Under the pieces are notes generated by a model, which worked only from the letters and a program-made list of their open reading frames with translations, made no database searches and was not told the origin of the DNA. Position numbers and translations under genes: made by a program. From positions 76,136,001-76,200,000 of the forward strand of contig OX597814.1 of NCBI GenBank assembly GCA_951406725.2: 64,000 bases of DNA. Direction: 5' to 3'. Below are positions 11,291 through 25,484 of the stretch, in pieces. Origin of the DNA: Octopus vulgaris. Lineage: Eukaryota. Position 1 is the first letter of the stretch. The number at the start of each line of letters is the position of its first letter.

Positions 11291-12560
11291 GCTAATACCT
11301 CTCTTGAAATTGCTCAATGATGTACAATATGGCTATAAAATGTTTGATAAGAGTATAAATCATCTCTTTTATATGGATGATTTAAAGCTCTTTGCAAAAA
11401 ATGACTAACAACTACAGGGCTTACTAGCAATTGTTAAACAATTCAGTGATGTCATCAGGATGCAATTTGGCCTCAATAAATATGCTAAAGCTACCTTTAT
11501 CAAAGGAAAAATGACAGAAACATCCAATGTTAATCTTGACCAGCAGAATGCCATACAGGAGTTATAACCAGTGGAGAGCTACAAATACCTAGGGGTATTT
11601 AAAAGTAATGAAATCAAACATTCAATGATGAGGGAAAGGATCAGAAGAGAATGTTATCAAAAGGTAAGGGCAAGACAGAGCTGAATGCAAGAAATAGGAT
11701 TGAAGCGATCAATACTTTATCCATACCACTTGTGACTTACAATTTCAATATCATTAACTGGTCAATTACTGAAATATGTAATCTTGACAGAAAAATACGA
11801 AAAATGCTGACAATGTAACAATTTTACCTGCCAAGAAAAGAGGGTGGCCATGGACTTTTACAACTGGAATTAACAATGAAGATTGCCACAATTGGCCTAA
11901 ACACCAAACTGAAAAACTCTAATGACTGAATGTTAAAACTTGTCTTAAAGCATGGAAACAAAAAAGCATCATACCCAGTAACAAAATAGGCAAAGGAATA
12001 TCTAAGTGAATTCTAAATGCAACAAATCTCAGAATTGGACATACTGGAAACAAGCACAGAAAACACTAAGTATATGAAAACTTGTGCTAAAACTGCTGCC
12101 TTAGATATTCTTAGTGATAAATGGCAAGAAAAATCTCTTAATGGCAAATACCCAAAGAGAGCTAATAATGCTGATGTTGACAAAACCCTTACTCATCAAT
12201 GGTTAGTGTCTTCTGACTTAAAATCAGAAACAGAAGGGTTTATCATAGCAGCCCAGTATCAATGCCTACCTACAAGGAGCTACCAGGCCAACATATTAAA
12301 GAATGGCAGTAGCCCAACGTGTCATGTATATAAACGACAAAATGAAACCATTGATCATATTGTCTCCATATGCAGTCTTCTTGTGCCTACAGAGTATCTC
12401 AACAGGCATAATAGAGCAGCACAGTATATTCACTGGGTAATTTGCAAAAACCTGGACCTGCCCCATCATAAAAACTGGTGGGAACTCAAACCACCTCCAG
12501 TGCTTGAAAATGATCACATCTCACTCCTCTGGAACTTCACCATTCAAACTGACAGAAAGA
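11291..12560 (+). mobile_element. R4/Dong-clade LINE fragment (RT 3' half, zinc knuckle, start of RLE)
   Basis: INHLFYMDDLKLFAK; YKYLGV; SETEGFIIAAQ; ETIDHIVSIC..RHNRAAQYIHW; LLWNFTIQTDR. Confidence 0.9.
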
Positions 12561-13450
12561 GGCTTGCAATACGCAAAAATATACCCTTATAAGATATGGA
12601 TTCTTAATACTGAAAAAGAAGAGAAGGTGGAGGGGATTAATAAGTGCAAAGGAGGTTGTATAATTAAACAGAACAAGTCTAGGGTTGTATATAAGGTACA
12701 AACGAAACAGGAAAAAATAACAAGGAAACAGGAAAAATGTTGCAAAACAGTTAGTCAAACTTTGAAGAAAAGAAGTTTCATTCAGTGTTTCTTCAAAGAA
12801 ACAAAACAAGTAAGGAACAGCAATGTCATCTGGCTATGGTTAAAGAAAGGATTACTAAAGAGAGAGTTAGAAGGATTGATTTTAGCCACTCAAGAACACG
12901 CTATGAGAATATTCTGGATTAAGAGAATGATAGATGAGAAGGACTGGTCACCCAAATACTGAATGTGCCTTGTATCAGAATTCTAGTTTAAAATGAATAC
13001 AGAAGAGCATAGGCATGTTAAAACAGTGGCAATAATTCTCTGGTACTTTTACAAGTGGTTTGATCTTTCATGTACAGGAAAGGGTTATGACCTTTCTATG
13101 AGAATAGAAATGAAAGTCTTTGAAAATGATGAAGTGAGGTTGTTATAGGATTTTCCATACAAAACGAAAGGTGAATGGAGCACATACTAGATATTGTAGT
13201 CAAGAAATTGATGTGGAATGACTATCTGATACCCAAGCCAACAAAAAAGAACAAAATTAGAATATTATAGTGACTTGAATAATGGAGTTCTCAGAGAAGT
13301 TGACAAGATCAAGATCTTGCCAATTATCTTTGGGACTGTGAGAATTGTGAAGAATTTGAGAATAAACCTTGGAATGGTTGACTGTCTTAATATAGGAGTA
13401 GGTGCATAGCAGATATTTGGATCAAGAAGAATTATTTAGAAAGTCTTTGA
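12560..13450 (+). mobile_element. Older, different R4/Dong-like fragment
   Basis: WLWLKKGLLKRELEGLILATQEHAMR followed by a decayed RLE region. Confidence 0.65.
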
Positions 13451-13624
13451 TATAAAGAAAAGACAGATATAAACTGTTTGGAAGAACCTTGATAAGAAAA
13501 GGGACAAAAATGCCTCACATTGTAGACCATACAATAGGATACATAAATAAAAAATATGAACAATTACAAACCCTAAATGGGAAAATAAACAAAAAAGTTA
13601 TAGAGCAATGTAAATCATCTCTTA

Positions 13625-14155
13625 ATCATCATTTAACATCCGCTTTCCATGCTAGCATGGGTTGGACGATTTGACTGAGGGCTGGCAAATCAGATGGCTG
13701 CACCAGGCTCCAATCTTGATCTAGCAGAGTTTCTACAGCTGGATGCCCTTCCTAATGCCAACCACTCCGAGAGTGTAGTGGGTGCTTTTACGTGCCACCA
13801 GCACGTATTTTTCCTTCTAAAACTACTTGACTGGTACTTATATTGTTCCCAAAAGGATGAAAGGCAAAGTTGATTTCTGCAGGATTTGAATTCAGAATGT
13901 AAAGAATTGGAAGAGATACCACTCAGCATTTTGTCTGATATGCTAACAATTCTGTCAGCTCCCCACCCAAATGATAATGATGGTGACGATGATAACGATA
14001 ATAATAATAATCATCATCATCATCGTTTAACGTATGGTTTCCATCCTAGCATGGGTTGGACGATTTTGACTGAGGGCTGGCAAACCAGATGGCTGCACCA
14101 GGCTCCAATCTTGATCTGGCAGAGTTTCTATAGCTGGATGCCCTTCCTAACACCA
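13625..14155 (-). mobile_element. Two RTE 3' tails (13625-13805, 14010-14155) with a SINE A piece between
   Basis: Near-identical to the 49309-49500 tail ending in (GAT)n. Confidence 0.8.
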
Positions 14156-14179
14156 ATATTAATTACAATAATAATAATA

Positions 14180-14395
14180 ATCCTTTCAACTATAGGCATA
14201 AAGTTTGAAATTTTGGTGGAAAGGGATAGCTGATTACATTGACCCAGTGCTCAACTCACACTCATTTTATCGACACCACCCCGCTCCAAGGAAGAAAGGC
14301 AAAATTAACTGCAACAGAATTTGAACTCAGAACATAAGATTGACAAAATGCAGCTAAGCATTTTTCTCAGCATGCTAACAGTTCTACTAGCTCCC
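14180..14395 (-). mobile_element. tRNA-SINE family A
   Basis: Homology to 9850-10071. Confidence 0.75.
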
Positions 14396-14424
14396 CAAAC
14401 CAATACTACTACTACTACTACTAC

Positions 14425-14478
<54 letters not shown>

Positions 14479-14489
14479 TAATAATAATG

Positions 14490-14527
<38 letters not shown>

Positions 14528-14589
14528 GTAGTTATATCTACTGGACAATATGTAAACACTACAACATTAAAACTAACAATAAATGGTAT

Positions 14590-15299
14590 AAACATGTGCC
14601 AAACAAGGTACAAGACAGTGACCAGGCCACAATCATCTGGGATACACTGGTTCAAACCAACAAAGAAATAAAAGCTAATCATCCAGACATAATAATCAAG
14701 GATTGGGGAAAAAAACACCTGCTTACTGATAGACATTGCAGTCCCGTCTGATCAAAATATTGTCCAAAAAGAAGTAGAGAAATTTTCAAAGTACAAAAAC
14801 CTTGAAATTGAAGTATTTAAGACATAGGGCATAAAGGTGGAAACAATACCAATAATAATTGGAGCATTGGGTATAATAAAAAAAGACATATGAATAAAAA
14901 TGTTGAAGCTACACTGGGATCCTCAACACTACACACTGTCCTAAAAATAGCCCTCCTAGTACCAGCCTACATCCTATGCAAAACACTATCCATTCAGTAA
15001 TATAACCTAAACAAAACAATCCACAAACACAAGACACATTTCATATAGCACTTATCCAATGAAATAAACTTCCACCAGCAACCCTAAAACTAACAAATTA
15101 CACACTCAACACACAATACAAACAATAATACAACAAAAGACTGCACCACACCTCAAGAGAAAAAAATCTGATACAATACAATACCAGGAAGAGTTTGCAC
15201 ACTCACAACAGAAAAGAACATACATTGCTGCACACACCCCAGCAACATAGAAGTGTAGTAAGTGATGCAGTAGAAATTTTCCTGAAACTACTAAATGTT
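14590..15299 (+). mobile_element. R4/Dong RLE domain and 3' UTR
   Basis: IWDTLVQTNKEIKANHPDIIIKD..LIDIAVP..ETIPIIIGALG; preceded by (TAA)n, ends in (GAA)n. Confidence 0.85.
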
Positions 15300-15500
15300 G
15301 AAGAAGAAGAAGAAGAAGAAGAAGAAGAAGAAGAAGAAGAAGAAGAAGAAGAAGAAGAAGAAGAAGAAGAAGAAGAAGAAGAAGAAGAAGAAGAAGAAGA
15401 AGAAGAAGAAGAAGAAGAAGAAGAAGAAGAAGAAGAAGAAGAAGAAGAAGAAGAAGAAGAAGAAGAAGAAGAAGAAGAAGAAGAAGAAGAAGAAGAAGAA
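15300..15500. repeat. Perfect (GAA)67 tract
   Basis: Direct reading, 201 bp. Confidence 0.98.
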
Positions 15501-16230
15501 TGGCAAGTATGTGGCCCATAGCAAACAAGCTGATGTCAACCAGAAACACACACACCAATAGTTACGAAGCTCAGGGCTAAAAGCAGAGAGTGAAGGTTTC
15601 ATATTAGTTGCTCAAGACCAAAGCTTATTAACCTGGAACTACCAAGCCAATGTGATAAAAAAATGGAGCTGACCCAAAATGTCGATCATGTAACATTGAG
15701 ATTGAATCTATAGACCACCTAATCTCAGGGTGTAGTCTTAGCACCTGTAGAATATAAAGCAAGACATGACAGAGTCGGCCAGTATTTACACTAGACAATA
15801 TGTCAGCATTATAAAATCAAAACCGCTGACAAATGGTATAAACACCATCCTGAAGCTGTGACTGAGGGAGAAAATGTGTCGATTCTATGGGACTTCCCCA
15901 TACATACCAACAAAACTATAAAAGCTAATAAACCAGATATTATTATAAAAGATCAGACGAAAAAGGTGTGTTTATTAATTAACATGAGTATTCTTTGCGA
16001 TCACAATATAGCGGCAAAAGAATTTGACAAGATCAGTAAATATAAAGACTTGCTAATAGAAATTGAAAAAAATGTGGCATCTCAAGGTGACTACTGTACC
16101 AGTGATTGTAGGATCTCTAGGAATGATAAAAAAAAGTACTGAAAATGATACCAGGCTTACCATCCCTACAGGAGGTGCAAAACATTGTGTTAACTGGAAC
16201 AGCTCATGTACTGAGAAGAGCATTATCGCT
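15501..16230 (+). mobile_element. 5'-truncated R4/Dong LINE (zinc knuckle + RLE)
   Basis: LKAESEGFILVAQDQ; KCRSC..ESIDHLISGC; RHDRVGQYLH; ILWDFPIHTNKTIKANKPDIII; VPVIVGSLG. Confidence 0.9.
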
Positions 16231-16499
16231 GTGAAAACAACATCCATTCATGAATTTATTTATTTATTAATTTTTTAAATACATATTTTACCTGTGAATT
16301 TGCATGTGTAATCTGGGAATGTATTTGTACCTACCCTTACCTATGGTCATAAATCTTGCATAATGACCAAAAGAATACTATCACGACTAAAAGTGGCTGT
16401 GGTGGGGTTTCCTCTGAAAGGTCTTCAGAGTAACGTCCCTTAATAGAGTGCATAGCTCAGAGATCAGAGATACTCCAAATGAGTCACTACTTCTCTGAA

Positions 16500-16740
16500 T
16501 TGAGAGATCCCAGTTTCAATACTGTACAAATGTGGTAAGAATGTCTTGGAAAAGAATCACTGGATAGGTTTTATGAGCAAAACCATCCAGCAGGTGACCT
16601 AGGAGTAGATAATGAACAAGATGGGTGGATAATATCCTTGAGTTTGGTTGGTCTCACTTGAGAGCAATTGGACAGGACCTGATAGAATGCATGCTTTGGG
16701 ACTCTACCCTCACAACACTCCCCAGAATAAATGAGCAAAG
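16500..16740 (+). mobile_element. RTE LINE 3' relic
   Basis: Decayed PSSR*PRSR..TRWVDNI resembles the RTE GRPRxRW motif. Confidence 0.5.
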
Positions 16741-17049
16741 ATGAGATGGGATGAAATTTAAACATAAGGCTAGTAATATCAAGGAGAGGGATTTAGTTGA
16801 TACCATCAATCAGCACCACTCACTGCTTCACTGGTTCTCTATTTCTTTTGAAAAGGTTTTATGTATATTCAAAGTAAAAATATAATTAAATTAACTAAAA
16901 CTGAATGGACACTTGAAAATAGAGAGGCAAACAAATGAATACATACATATATTATCTGTTTAATAACCTTTGCACAAAAAAATAATTCTCTTTATATCTA
17001 CAAGTTGTTATTTTGAATATTATTATTACTACTATAGTGCTCATCTCTA

Positions 17050-17308
17050 TAAGTTAATTTAAATTGTTTTTATTGTGAATTTTGTGTTTTTGAGTTCTTT
17101 CGTAAAGATTTTTTACAGAATAAAAGAGAAAAACAAAAATAAAAAACAGTGAAATTCTAAAATTTTCGTCTTCTGTATTTCTTCCCTGAGTTGTGGTGCC
17201 GGCGGTGGAAGTCTTGGCGGTGTTACTGCTGCTGCTGTTGTTGTTGTTGTTGGTGGTGGTGGTAGTGGTGGTACCACTAATGCATTTGTATGAAGAAGAC
17301 AATGAAAC
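17050..17308 (-). other. Candidate terminal exon of a host gene
   Basis: aatctcaacag/G acceptor, GC-richer unique sequence with ACC/AAC/AGC repeats, AATAAA at 17074-17069. Confidence 0.35.
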
Positions 17309-18784
17309 CTGTTGAGATTTTTGATAAACAAAATTTTATCCTTTCCATACACAAAAACAAATGTCGTTATTATAAATGACAAAATGTCAATAGAGTTTTG
17401 AATGTCATTGTTCTTGATGTCATTGTAACAGTTGATAAAGTGTAGCTTGCCATGTTACAGACATCTTATGTCTTTCATCCCCCAACTGTTCATTACCTTT
17501 ATGCTACATATTCCTCATCCAGAATCAGCACAACAATGTATGATAACAGTATACTTTTTGAATTACAAGTATAATCCACTCAATGGGATTCTTTCAGCTT
17601 CTATCTTCCCTATTTCACTTATAAAATAGTGGTCAACCCAAAGTTATAAAAAATAACTTTCTCTGAAGGTGACACATTGTGAGATTGAACCTGGGACTTT
17701 ATGGTTGCAAACTGAACCTCTTAATCATTCATTCACACAGTGTACTTACTCCCCTTGTAGTATATGAGGGGTTAATCTTTAAGTGTATATGAAGTCAATC
17801 TTTTATAATTCCAGTCACATCAATGATGTTCCAGCAGTGACCATATTGTCTTTTTATTTCTGACATTGTATTTCTAGGACTATAGTACCAAATGTGTCAT
17901 TCCCTTTGTGATTTGAGGGAGATTTGCTGCTATTTCTAGCAAGGCGAATGATCATTAAATTAATGCTAATGGTGCTGTTGTTGTTGTTGTTTGGCCTCAA
18001 GCCAGACTTGATTGAGGGGGTCTATCATGAAAACAGTAATCTAGCCTTAAACCATTCTCACTTTCTTTTTAAACAGATGATGCGGACACTGTCATTTTTG
18101 TTATTGATGATGATGGCAACAGTGATAACAAAGATGATGATGATGATGGTGATGACGATAATGATGGCAATGACAATGACAACAACGACAATGATGATGA
18201 AAGCACCACTGTCAATGATAATAATGATAATGAGAAGAGTGGCAATAACACTGATGGTATTGTGTTGAGTAACATCTGTCAGTGCTACTCCTTCAGGCCT
18301 TTTGAATTAATTTGGTAAATCCAACTTTAAGAATGTTGATGAGCTGCATTAAAAATACAAAAACCTGAGTTCAAAACTGGCCTGAGGAAGATTAAACCCA
18401 GGGCAGTCAACAATGATGGCAGAATTGACTGATTAGAACAGTGTCCAACCTACAAAACTTTGAAAAGTGGCAGTAATAATTCAGAAAATTAAGAAATTAA
18501 ATCACACATGCACTCCTACTATCTCTCCTTTCTGGTTGTTTATATTTTGCCCCATTTCATTTCTCAACATCATATTTCCAAATTAATCCAGTTTTTATTA
18601 ATAAGTTTTTATTAATATTTTTTAAATATTTTTTAAAATTACCAAATAAATAAAATTTATGTCTCCTACTTAGATTTGGGCACTACATGCTATAATAGTT
18701 TGCAGATCTAAAAATGCTAACTTCTTGTAATGATATCAAAATTGGGTCAGACATTGCAGTAAGTTTAGGTCAAGGGTTATAACA

Positions 18785-18825
<41 letters not shown>

Positions 18826-19746
18826 CACACACAAACACACAAAATCAATTACAGACTGGACACATTTTTTTATATTTTGGCAAGTCAGAGACAATTTAAT
18901 AACTTTTATTATGCTGAAATACCAAAGTATTTTTGTGAGTTCTATCTTTAAAATAATTGCCTTTGAAATGATGAATTTTCTTTTAATTCAATCTCAAATG
19001 ATTGAATTATAAAAGGCATCATTGTTATTTCTTCATTGCTGCTGTTATTGCCACAAATAGTAGTGGTGGTGGTAATTGTGTTACTGATGTGGTGATGGCA
19101 GGGTGATGACGGTTGGTGATACAAACAAGTATGAGTATGATGGTGATTACTGATTATATAGATTATGTTTTAACAGAGTATTTCTATATATAAATTCAAT
19201 CAAGTGTGTTTTGTCCTGTTTCATTCAATAAGCCCTATTTCCCAATATGTCAGACAATCAAGCCGAGCCACCTTCAGGTTCCTACTTTCCAGTCTTAATT
19301 TACTTCTGCAAGACATATAAACTTTATGATGACATCTTTGATTTTTAAATCTATTTCCAAGTCTCAGACATATAAATAATGGTTAACTGGTTTGCTATGC
19401 AGTAAATTCCACTCAATCCTTCGAAATTATTTCAATCACAAATGCCATTCTCACGCACATCACATACATACATACATACATACATACATACATACATACG
19501 CACATACGCACATACATATGTACATATGTATGTATGTACATATGTACACACACACATACATACATACATAAGTGTAAAATTAATAACATAGATTTGGAAA
19601 ATCTTTTCTTTTTTTTGTTTTTTATATTTACTTTTTGGTATATGCGTGAGAGTGTGAGTATATATTAATATGAACAATTACATACATTCATACATACATG
19701 TATATATATGAACACACACACACATATATATGAATGTATATGCATA

Positions 19747-19788
<42 letters not shown>

Positions 19789-19864
19789 TATGCATATATA
19801 TATATATGTATGTATGTATGTATATATATACACACACACACACACACACTCATATGCGCATGCA

Positions 19865-20030
19865 ACAGGCCTCTTTCAGTTTCCATCTACCAAATCCACT
19901 CACAAGGCTTTGGTCAGCCCAGAGCTATAGTAGTAAATACTTGTCCAAGGTGCAGCTTAGTGAGACTGAATCCAAGACCATATAGTTGGAAAGCAAGCTT
20001 CTTAACCACATAGCTATGGTTGTACCTATT

Positions 20031-20065
<35 letters not shown>

Positions 20066-20230
20066 TTAACATCTGTTTTCCATGCTGGCATGGGTTGGAT
20101 AGTTTGACAGGAACTGGGAAGCTGAAGGGCTGCACCAGGCTCCAGTTTTCTGTTTTGGCATGGTTGGGTGCTTTCTATGTGGCACCAGTATGAGTGTTAT
20201 TTACATGATACCAGCACAGGTGATTTTTAT
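19865..20230 (-). mobile_element. SINE B 5' half (19865-20015) and RTE 3' tail (20030-20230)
   Basis: Homology to 40801-40960 and 49309-49500. Confidence 0.75.
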
Positions 20231-21989
20231 GCAAGATGTTGTGCCATCACACACAGTAGCTACTGTATGCAATTGATTAAATGAAAAGTTCCTAGAAAGA
20301 TGTATGGATTATAATAGATCTGCAGCTATACTGATCTAAATTATGTTTAACAACATTTTTACCCAGTTCATTTCAGCAACTTGTTGCACAATTTCATTTT
20401 GGCACATTCTTCACTAGGAACACAACTCTATATCTAAGTCTGATGTTATTTGAGCAGACATAATTCATATATTACCATTTTATCTCATTGACATTCAGAA
20501 CTATGTTGGACAGTATAACAGTAACTCACTCTCTCATTCACCACACTTTTACAACTTCTGCATGATTGCTTGTTACACTTTTTTTTTTCTTACGTATTCC
20601 TTCTTCTTATTTCATGTAATATTTTCTCATGCATGTATTTTTGCCCATAATGAACTCTGTCTTGTTTTGATACTACAAACTGAACATTATGTTTACTCAC
20701 CTTACTTACATTCAGACATATTAAAGTATTTACTCACTTTTACTGCTTTCTCTATGCATGTACATATCTGCTGTTCACTATCAAACATTTTACTGATTAC
20801 ATTTCTATGTTCTACTGCACGTTTCATTTTGGCATTAACATGTAGGCATATCTTTACTGATCAAGTTTAATTGCTCGTCAGCAATTGAAAATCAACAGAT
20901 TGCTATCTAGTAAGTATATAGAAATCCTGTTTCACGTGAAATTTTAAATTACAATGAAATAAAATCTAACTGAACTATTTCTACTGTGGAGTCAGTTTAT
21001 TCATGATTCTACAAACTCAATTAATTGAATTAAAAATTGTTATTGTTAAATTGTATGTTCTGAATACAGTGTAGAGAGAGAGATGGCTTTAAGCCAGGTG
21101 TTGAGAGGTTAAAGTATGCTAGAGGAACTGGCACATGTCTTGCTACAGTGGAAATACATGGTTATGTTGCATTATTTAGGAGCAGGAGGGAGTAGGTAGA
21201 AAGAAGGAACAAATGTGGGAGACAAGACATCAGTACATACTCTCAAGGTTCAAGAAGATGGATATAAGAGGCAATACAAACTGAGGAAGGAGAGGGGTGA
21301 GTAGATAAGTTCATAGGTGTGAGGGAGGAGTGTAGAGGTTAATGTAGTGATTGATGTACAATGATTGAGATGTGATCTAAATATCAGTATGGCAGGGAGA
21401 AGGTAAAAGAAATAGGTAAGGAAAGAGTAGATAAGAGGAAATAGAGGAAGGGTGAAGAGGAGCAGTATAATAAATCTGTAGATAGAATAGAAAATAGAGA
21501 AATGATGGGTAAGCTGGGGAAGTGGGGAAAAAGAAAGAGAGGTGCACAGGGATAGAGATGGCAGTTAGAGTGAGTTGTGGTGGCTTTAGAGAGTGAGAGA
21601 CCAAGAGAAGTGTAAGTGTTGATGACAGATATGAGAAGATGTTACAAAAATAGGTATAGCAGTCCTAAAAGGTAGCTCAAAGGTGAGGAAGAGATACCTG
21701 AAGAAGGGGTCAAGGGTGAACTATAGAAAATAAAATGGAAGAGATGATATTGAAAATGTGGGATGGATCTTGGAGGAAGGAAGTATTTTTAGGGAAAGAA
21801 GGAGGAAACTAGTAGCACAAAGGGGAAAAAATATGTGCAGATTCTGCTGTCATATGATTACAACAGCTGAATAGTGTTATTGTTAGAAGAGTGATGGAGA
21901 GAGGGCTGTTTGAAAGAAGGGACAGGTTAGGTGCAGAGGCAAGGCTCACAGATGCAAACTTAATACTTTTAGGACCTTATTTTAAACAT

Positions 21990-22470
21990 GATGGATAGGA
22001 CTTATCAAGCATAAAGTGCCAATCATCTCCACTGTAAGGCTCAACATCTTGAGATCAGTCTTCACTACTTCATCCATATCTTCCTGGGTCTCTCTCTTCC
22101 ACAATTATCATACATTTTAAGCAATCAGCACTTAATCAGCACTTCTTTATACACCTGTCAACATCTAGACACTTCACATGATCACACTAACACAGCTTTC
22201 TCTCTTGTGTACTATATCTGATTCTTTTCATGCCCAGTTTTTCTTTCAGCACATTTGCACATTGTCATACATGCACACTGATGTTATACATCCATCAGAA
22301 TACACTAGCTTCATTCTTTTCTAGTGTTTGCATATCCTCTGCATTCAGGACCCATGACACACTATTATGAACCCTTGCTATTTGTACACAAGTATTGTAC
22401 AATCTACCTTTCAGAGGTGTATGGAGAAGAACTCAGAATCTGTTGAGATCTTTGACAAAAATTTTTATTC
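21990..22470 (-). mobile_element. RTE LINE C-terminal relic
   Basis: Homologous to 49912-50420 (GRERPRKIW). Confidence 0.7.
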
Positions 22471-23339
22471 TTCCTGAAAACAATTTTTATTCTTCTATGA
22501 ACAACAAAACATCAAGAAAGTTTGAATGCTATTGTTCTTGGATAATTGTTGTAGCTGTCAAAAAGTTAGCTGCTGGTCATTGTGTTACTATCACCAATCT
22601 TTCATTGTGATTGTTGTCAGCTTAGGTCGGCTGCTGTTCATAATCTCTGTTGGCTGTCTCCTATGGTGTCTGCCAATGTTCTTTCCAAGCTCTCCCTCAA
22701 TTAGTCAAGGTGTGCTGAATTTATCCTGATGGTCAGGCTCAGTAAGATGAAATCATTGCCGGAGCATGAAGTTATGATTGGCTTTTTATCATATGGGTCC
22801 AGCAAATCATGACATCGGGTGTAGTGATCTGACTGCTGAATATTTCTACTACAGAGATAATAATTCTGTGAATTTTCTCTATCCTGTTCATATTCTACCA
22901 ACTGTACTTTCTAACATCCCCCTCCACTGCTAATTTGGTCAACTAGACAACAGAAGTTATCTGCTACATCTAGAAAAACTCTTGGGAACTTAAGAGAATT
23001 TATTCCTAGTGTGTACTTAGTGTTTATTGTTCTTGCACATTTGCCATGTGCAAAGGCTAATTTTTCTGCACCTCATGTGTATTCATAGCTTTTACTGAGT
23101 ATACCATAAGGGATTTCTACCTACATAATGAGCTGGGCTATTTTACACATACACACACATATTTTTGTTGTTTTTGTAAAATCTCAGAAAATAATTAAAA
23201 ATTCACATTTTTTATCAAATTATTTTGTTATATCTATCCAACTGTAAAAATTTTAAATATTTCATTAACTTTTTGTTATCTCTTATGATAATAACTTGAT
23301 AAAAGGGTATATATTTTGCCAAAAACACACACAAACACA

Positions 23340-23380
<41 letters not shown>

Positions 23381-23792
23381 TCTCTCTATCTCTTTCTCTC
23401 TGACACATACACACACATATATATTAAATAAAGTATAGAAAACATATATGGTATTTTATACATTATAAAACACATGTTTTGGAAAATTACTGCCAGAGTT
23501 ACACAATTTCTTGTTGAAACAATATTAAATTTTGTTGATTTGCCTATTCAATGTTTAACAAAAATTACAATGAGTGGTGTTAAATGTTCAATATGGAGAG
23601 ATGCCAAATGACTACTGAAAACTGGGCTGCTATTGGTCAAGGTATGTCACATGTTACTATTAGAAATGGAATTGAGATTTCAGTGACATCAAATCCATCA
23701 AGAATTTCTTGGATCACACAGCTGGACAAGAAGTTGCTGTCTGGATAGTCTTCAAAATTACTTGAGCAACATTGAATTGATGGCCAACACTA

Positions 23793-23826
<34 letters not shown>

Positions 23827-24642
23827 ATGTGTGTGTGTGTGTGCATGTGTGTTTGTGTGTGTGTGTGTGTGTACATGTATATGTATACTAACTGCATGAG
23901 TGTATGGATGTGTGTGGCTGATGTGCATATGTGTATATCTGCTATGAGTATGATGGGAGGAGCATAGGTGATTGTGTGTGTGTGTATGTGTATGGGTAGG
24001 TGGGTGGTTGCATGAACATGCAAGCTGGCATATGGGTTAAGGCTGGCGGCATTAGCTTGCTGGTGCACATATACGTTTGCTAGGGTGTATGTAGATATAG
24101 GTGCGTGTGTGTGTATCAGCCATGTGAGTGCTTGTATGCTCAAATAGCGGGTATGTGTGTCAACTGTGTATATCAGATGCATGTTTATCAATTGTGTGTG
24201 TGTGTGTGTGCATGTAAATATGTATACATTTGTATCTGCCATATGTGCATGTGTGTACATGCATATTTGGGGTGCATTTATGGATGTGTGTATGTGCGTA
24301 TGGATGTTTGGTGAACACGAGTATGTACATTTCTGAATTTATATGTCTATGTATTAATGTGTTCATGTTTATCTGGATGAGTGTGTGTACATCCATACAA
24401 CATCTTGTATGTGTATATGTGTCTACGCAGATATTTGTGTGCATATGGGCACAACTAGTGAATGCTAATACAGGGACAACAGAGTCATTTGTGACGTGGA
24501 GCAGGGTTAACAAGACTCGGAGTTGGATTAAGGTTCGGCAGTATTAGGGAGAGAAAGAAAGAGAAGAGCATACATATATAGAGGTGTGTGTGTCTGTCTG
24601 TCTGTGTGTGTGTAAGTGTGCATGCATGCACACACATCTATG

Positions 24643-24858
24643 TATGTGGGGGTGCTAAAAAGTTCCTGGCTTTAAGGGTATTGTGAAAGGCCTGGTTGGA
24701 GGTCCAACCTTCTGAGTTCTTTTACAGGGCTTAGTAAACTGAAGGACCACTGCAATAAGTGTGTGAATCTGAGAGGAGAACATGTTGAATAAAATCATAA
24801 CTGATTCTCCTGTATTCTCTTTTACCCAAAGCCAGGATCTTTTCAGCTCTCCCTCATA
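24643..24858 (+). mobile_element. Mariner-derived non-autonomous element
   Basis: TIRs ggggtgctaaaaagttcctggcttt / aaagccaggatcttttcagctctccc, TA flanks, transposase end GLSKLKDHCNKCVNLRGEHVE*. Confidence 0.8.
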
Positions 24859-25002
24859 TATGAAGATGATTGTAGGAGGTTAGAGAACATGCAAAGGCTG
24901 GAAATCAGCCTGTGGTCTGCAGAGGCATTGGTGTTTAGGTACCCTACCCTTGGTTATGGGACAGTCAGCATTAAGGTGCAGCCAATATTAAGGTGGTATT
25001 TA

Positions 25003-25203
25003 AGGCAGTGAACTGGTAGAAGCATTAGCATGCCAGACAAAATACTTAGTAGCATTTCATCTGTCTTTACATTCTGAATTCAAATTCTACCGAGGTCAAC
25101 TTTGCCTTTAGTCCTTTCACAGTCTATAAACACTGGGGTCAATGTAAGCAACTTAGCCCCATCCTTTGAAATTGCTGGCTTTGTGCCAAAACTTGAAACC
25201 AAT
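25003..25203 (+). mobile_element. tRNA-SINE family A
   Basis: aggcagtgaactggtagaa..ctgaattcaaattc..aggtcaactttgcc. Confidence 0.75.
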
Positions 25204-25484
25204 ATCAAAGTGGTGTATCTGGGTTGTTGTCAGCCATATATATGTGTATATGTATGTGGAGGTATGTATGTGTATGTGACTCTCTGGCTTGACACCATAT
25301 GATAGTATAACCTTACCTGGAACTAGGATGTTTGGCAACAGGAAGGGCATCATGTCATAGCAAAACTGCCTCAGAAAATTCCATCTGACCCATGCAAGCA
25401 TCGAAAAATGAACATTTTTACACACACACACACACACATATTAATAGACATGCATATATACACATAAGTATGTATACACACTTG

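Noticed and set aside
20230-21111. piggyBac-like relic ending AGAGGTTAA
   Set aside because: Only one TTAA-type end and no convincing transposase motif
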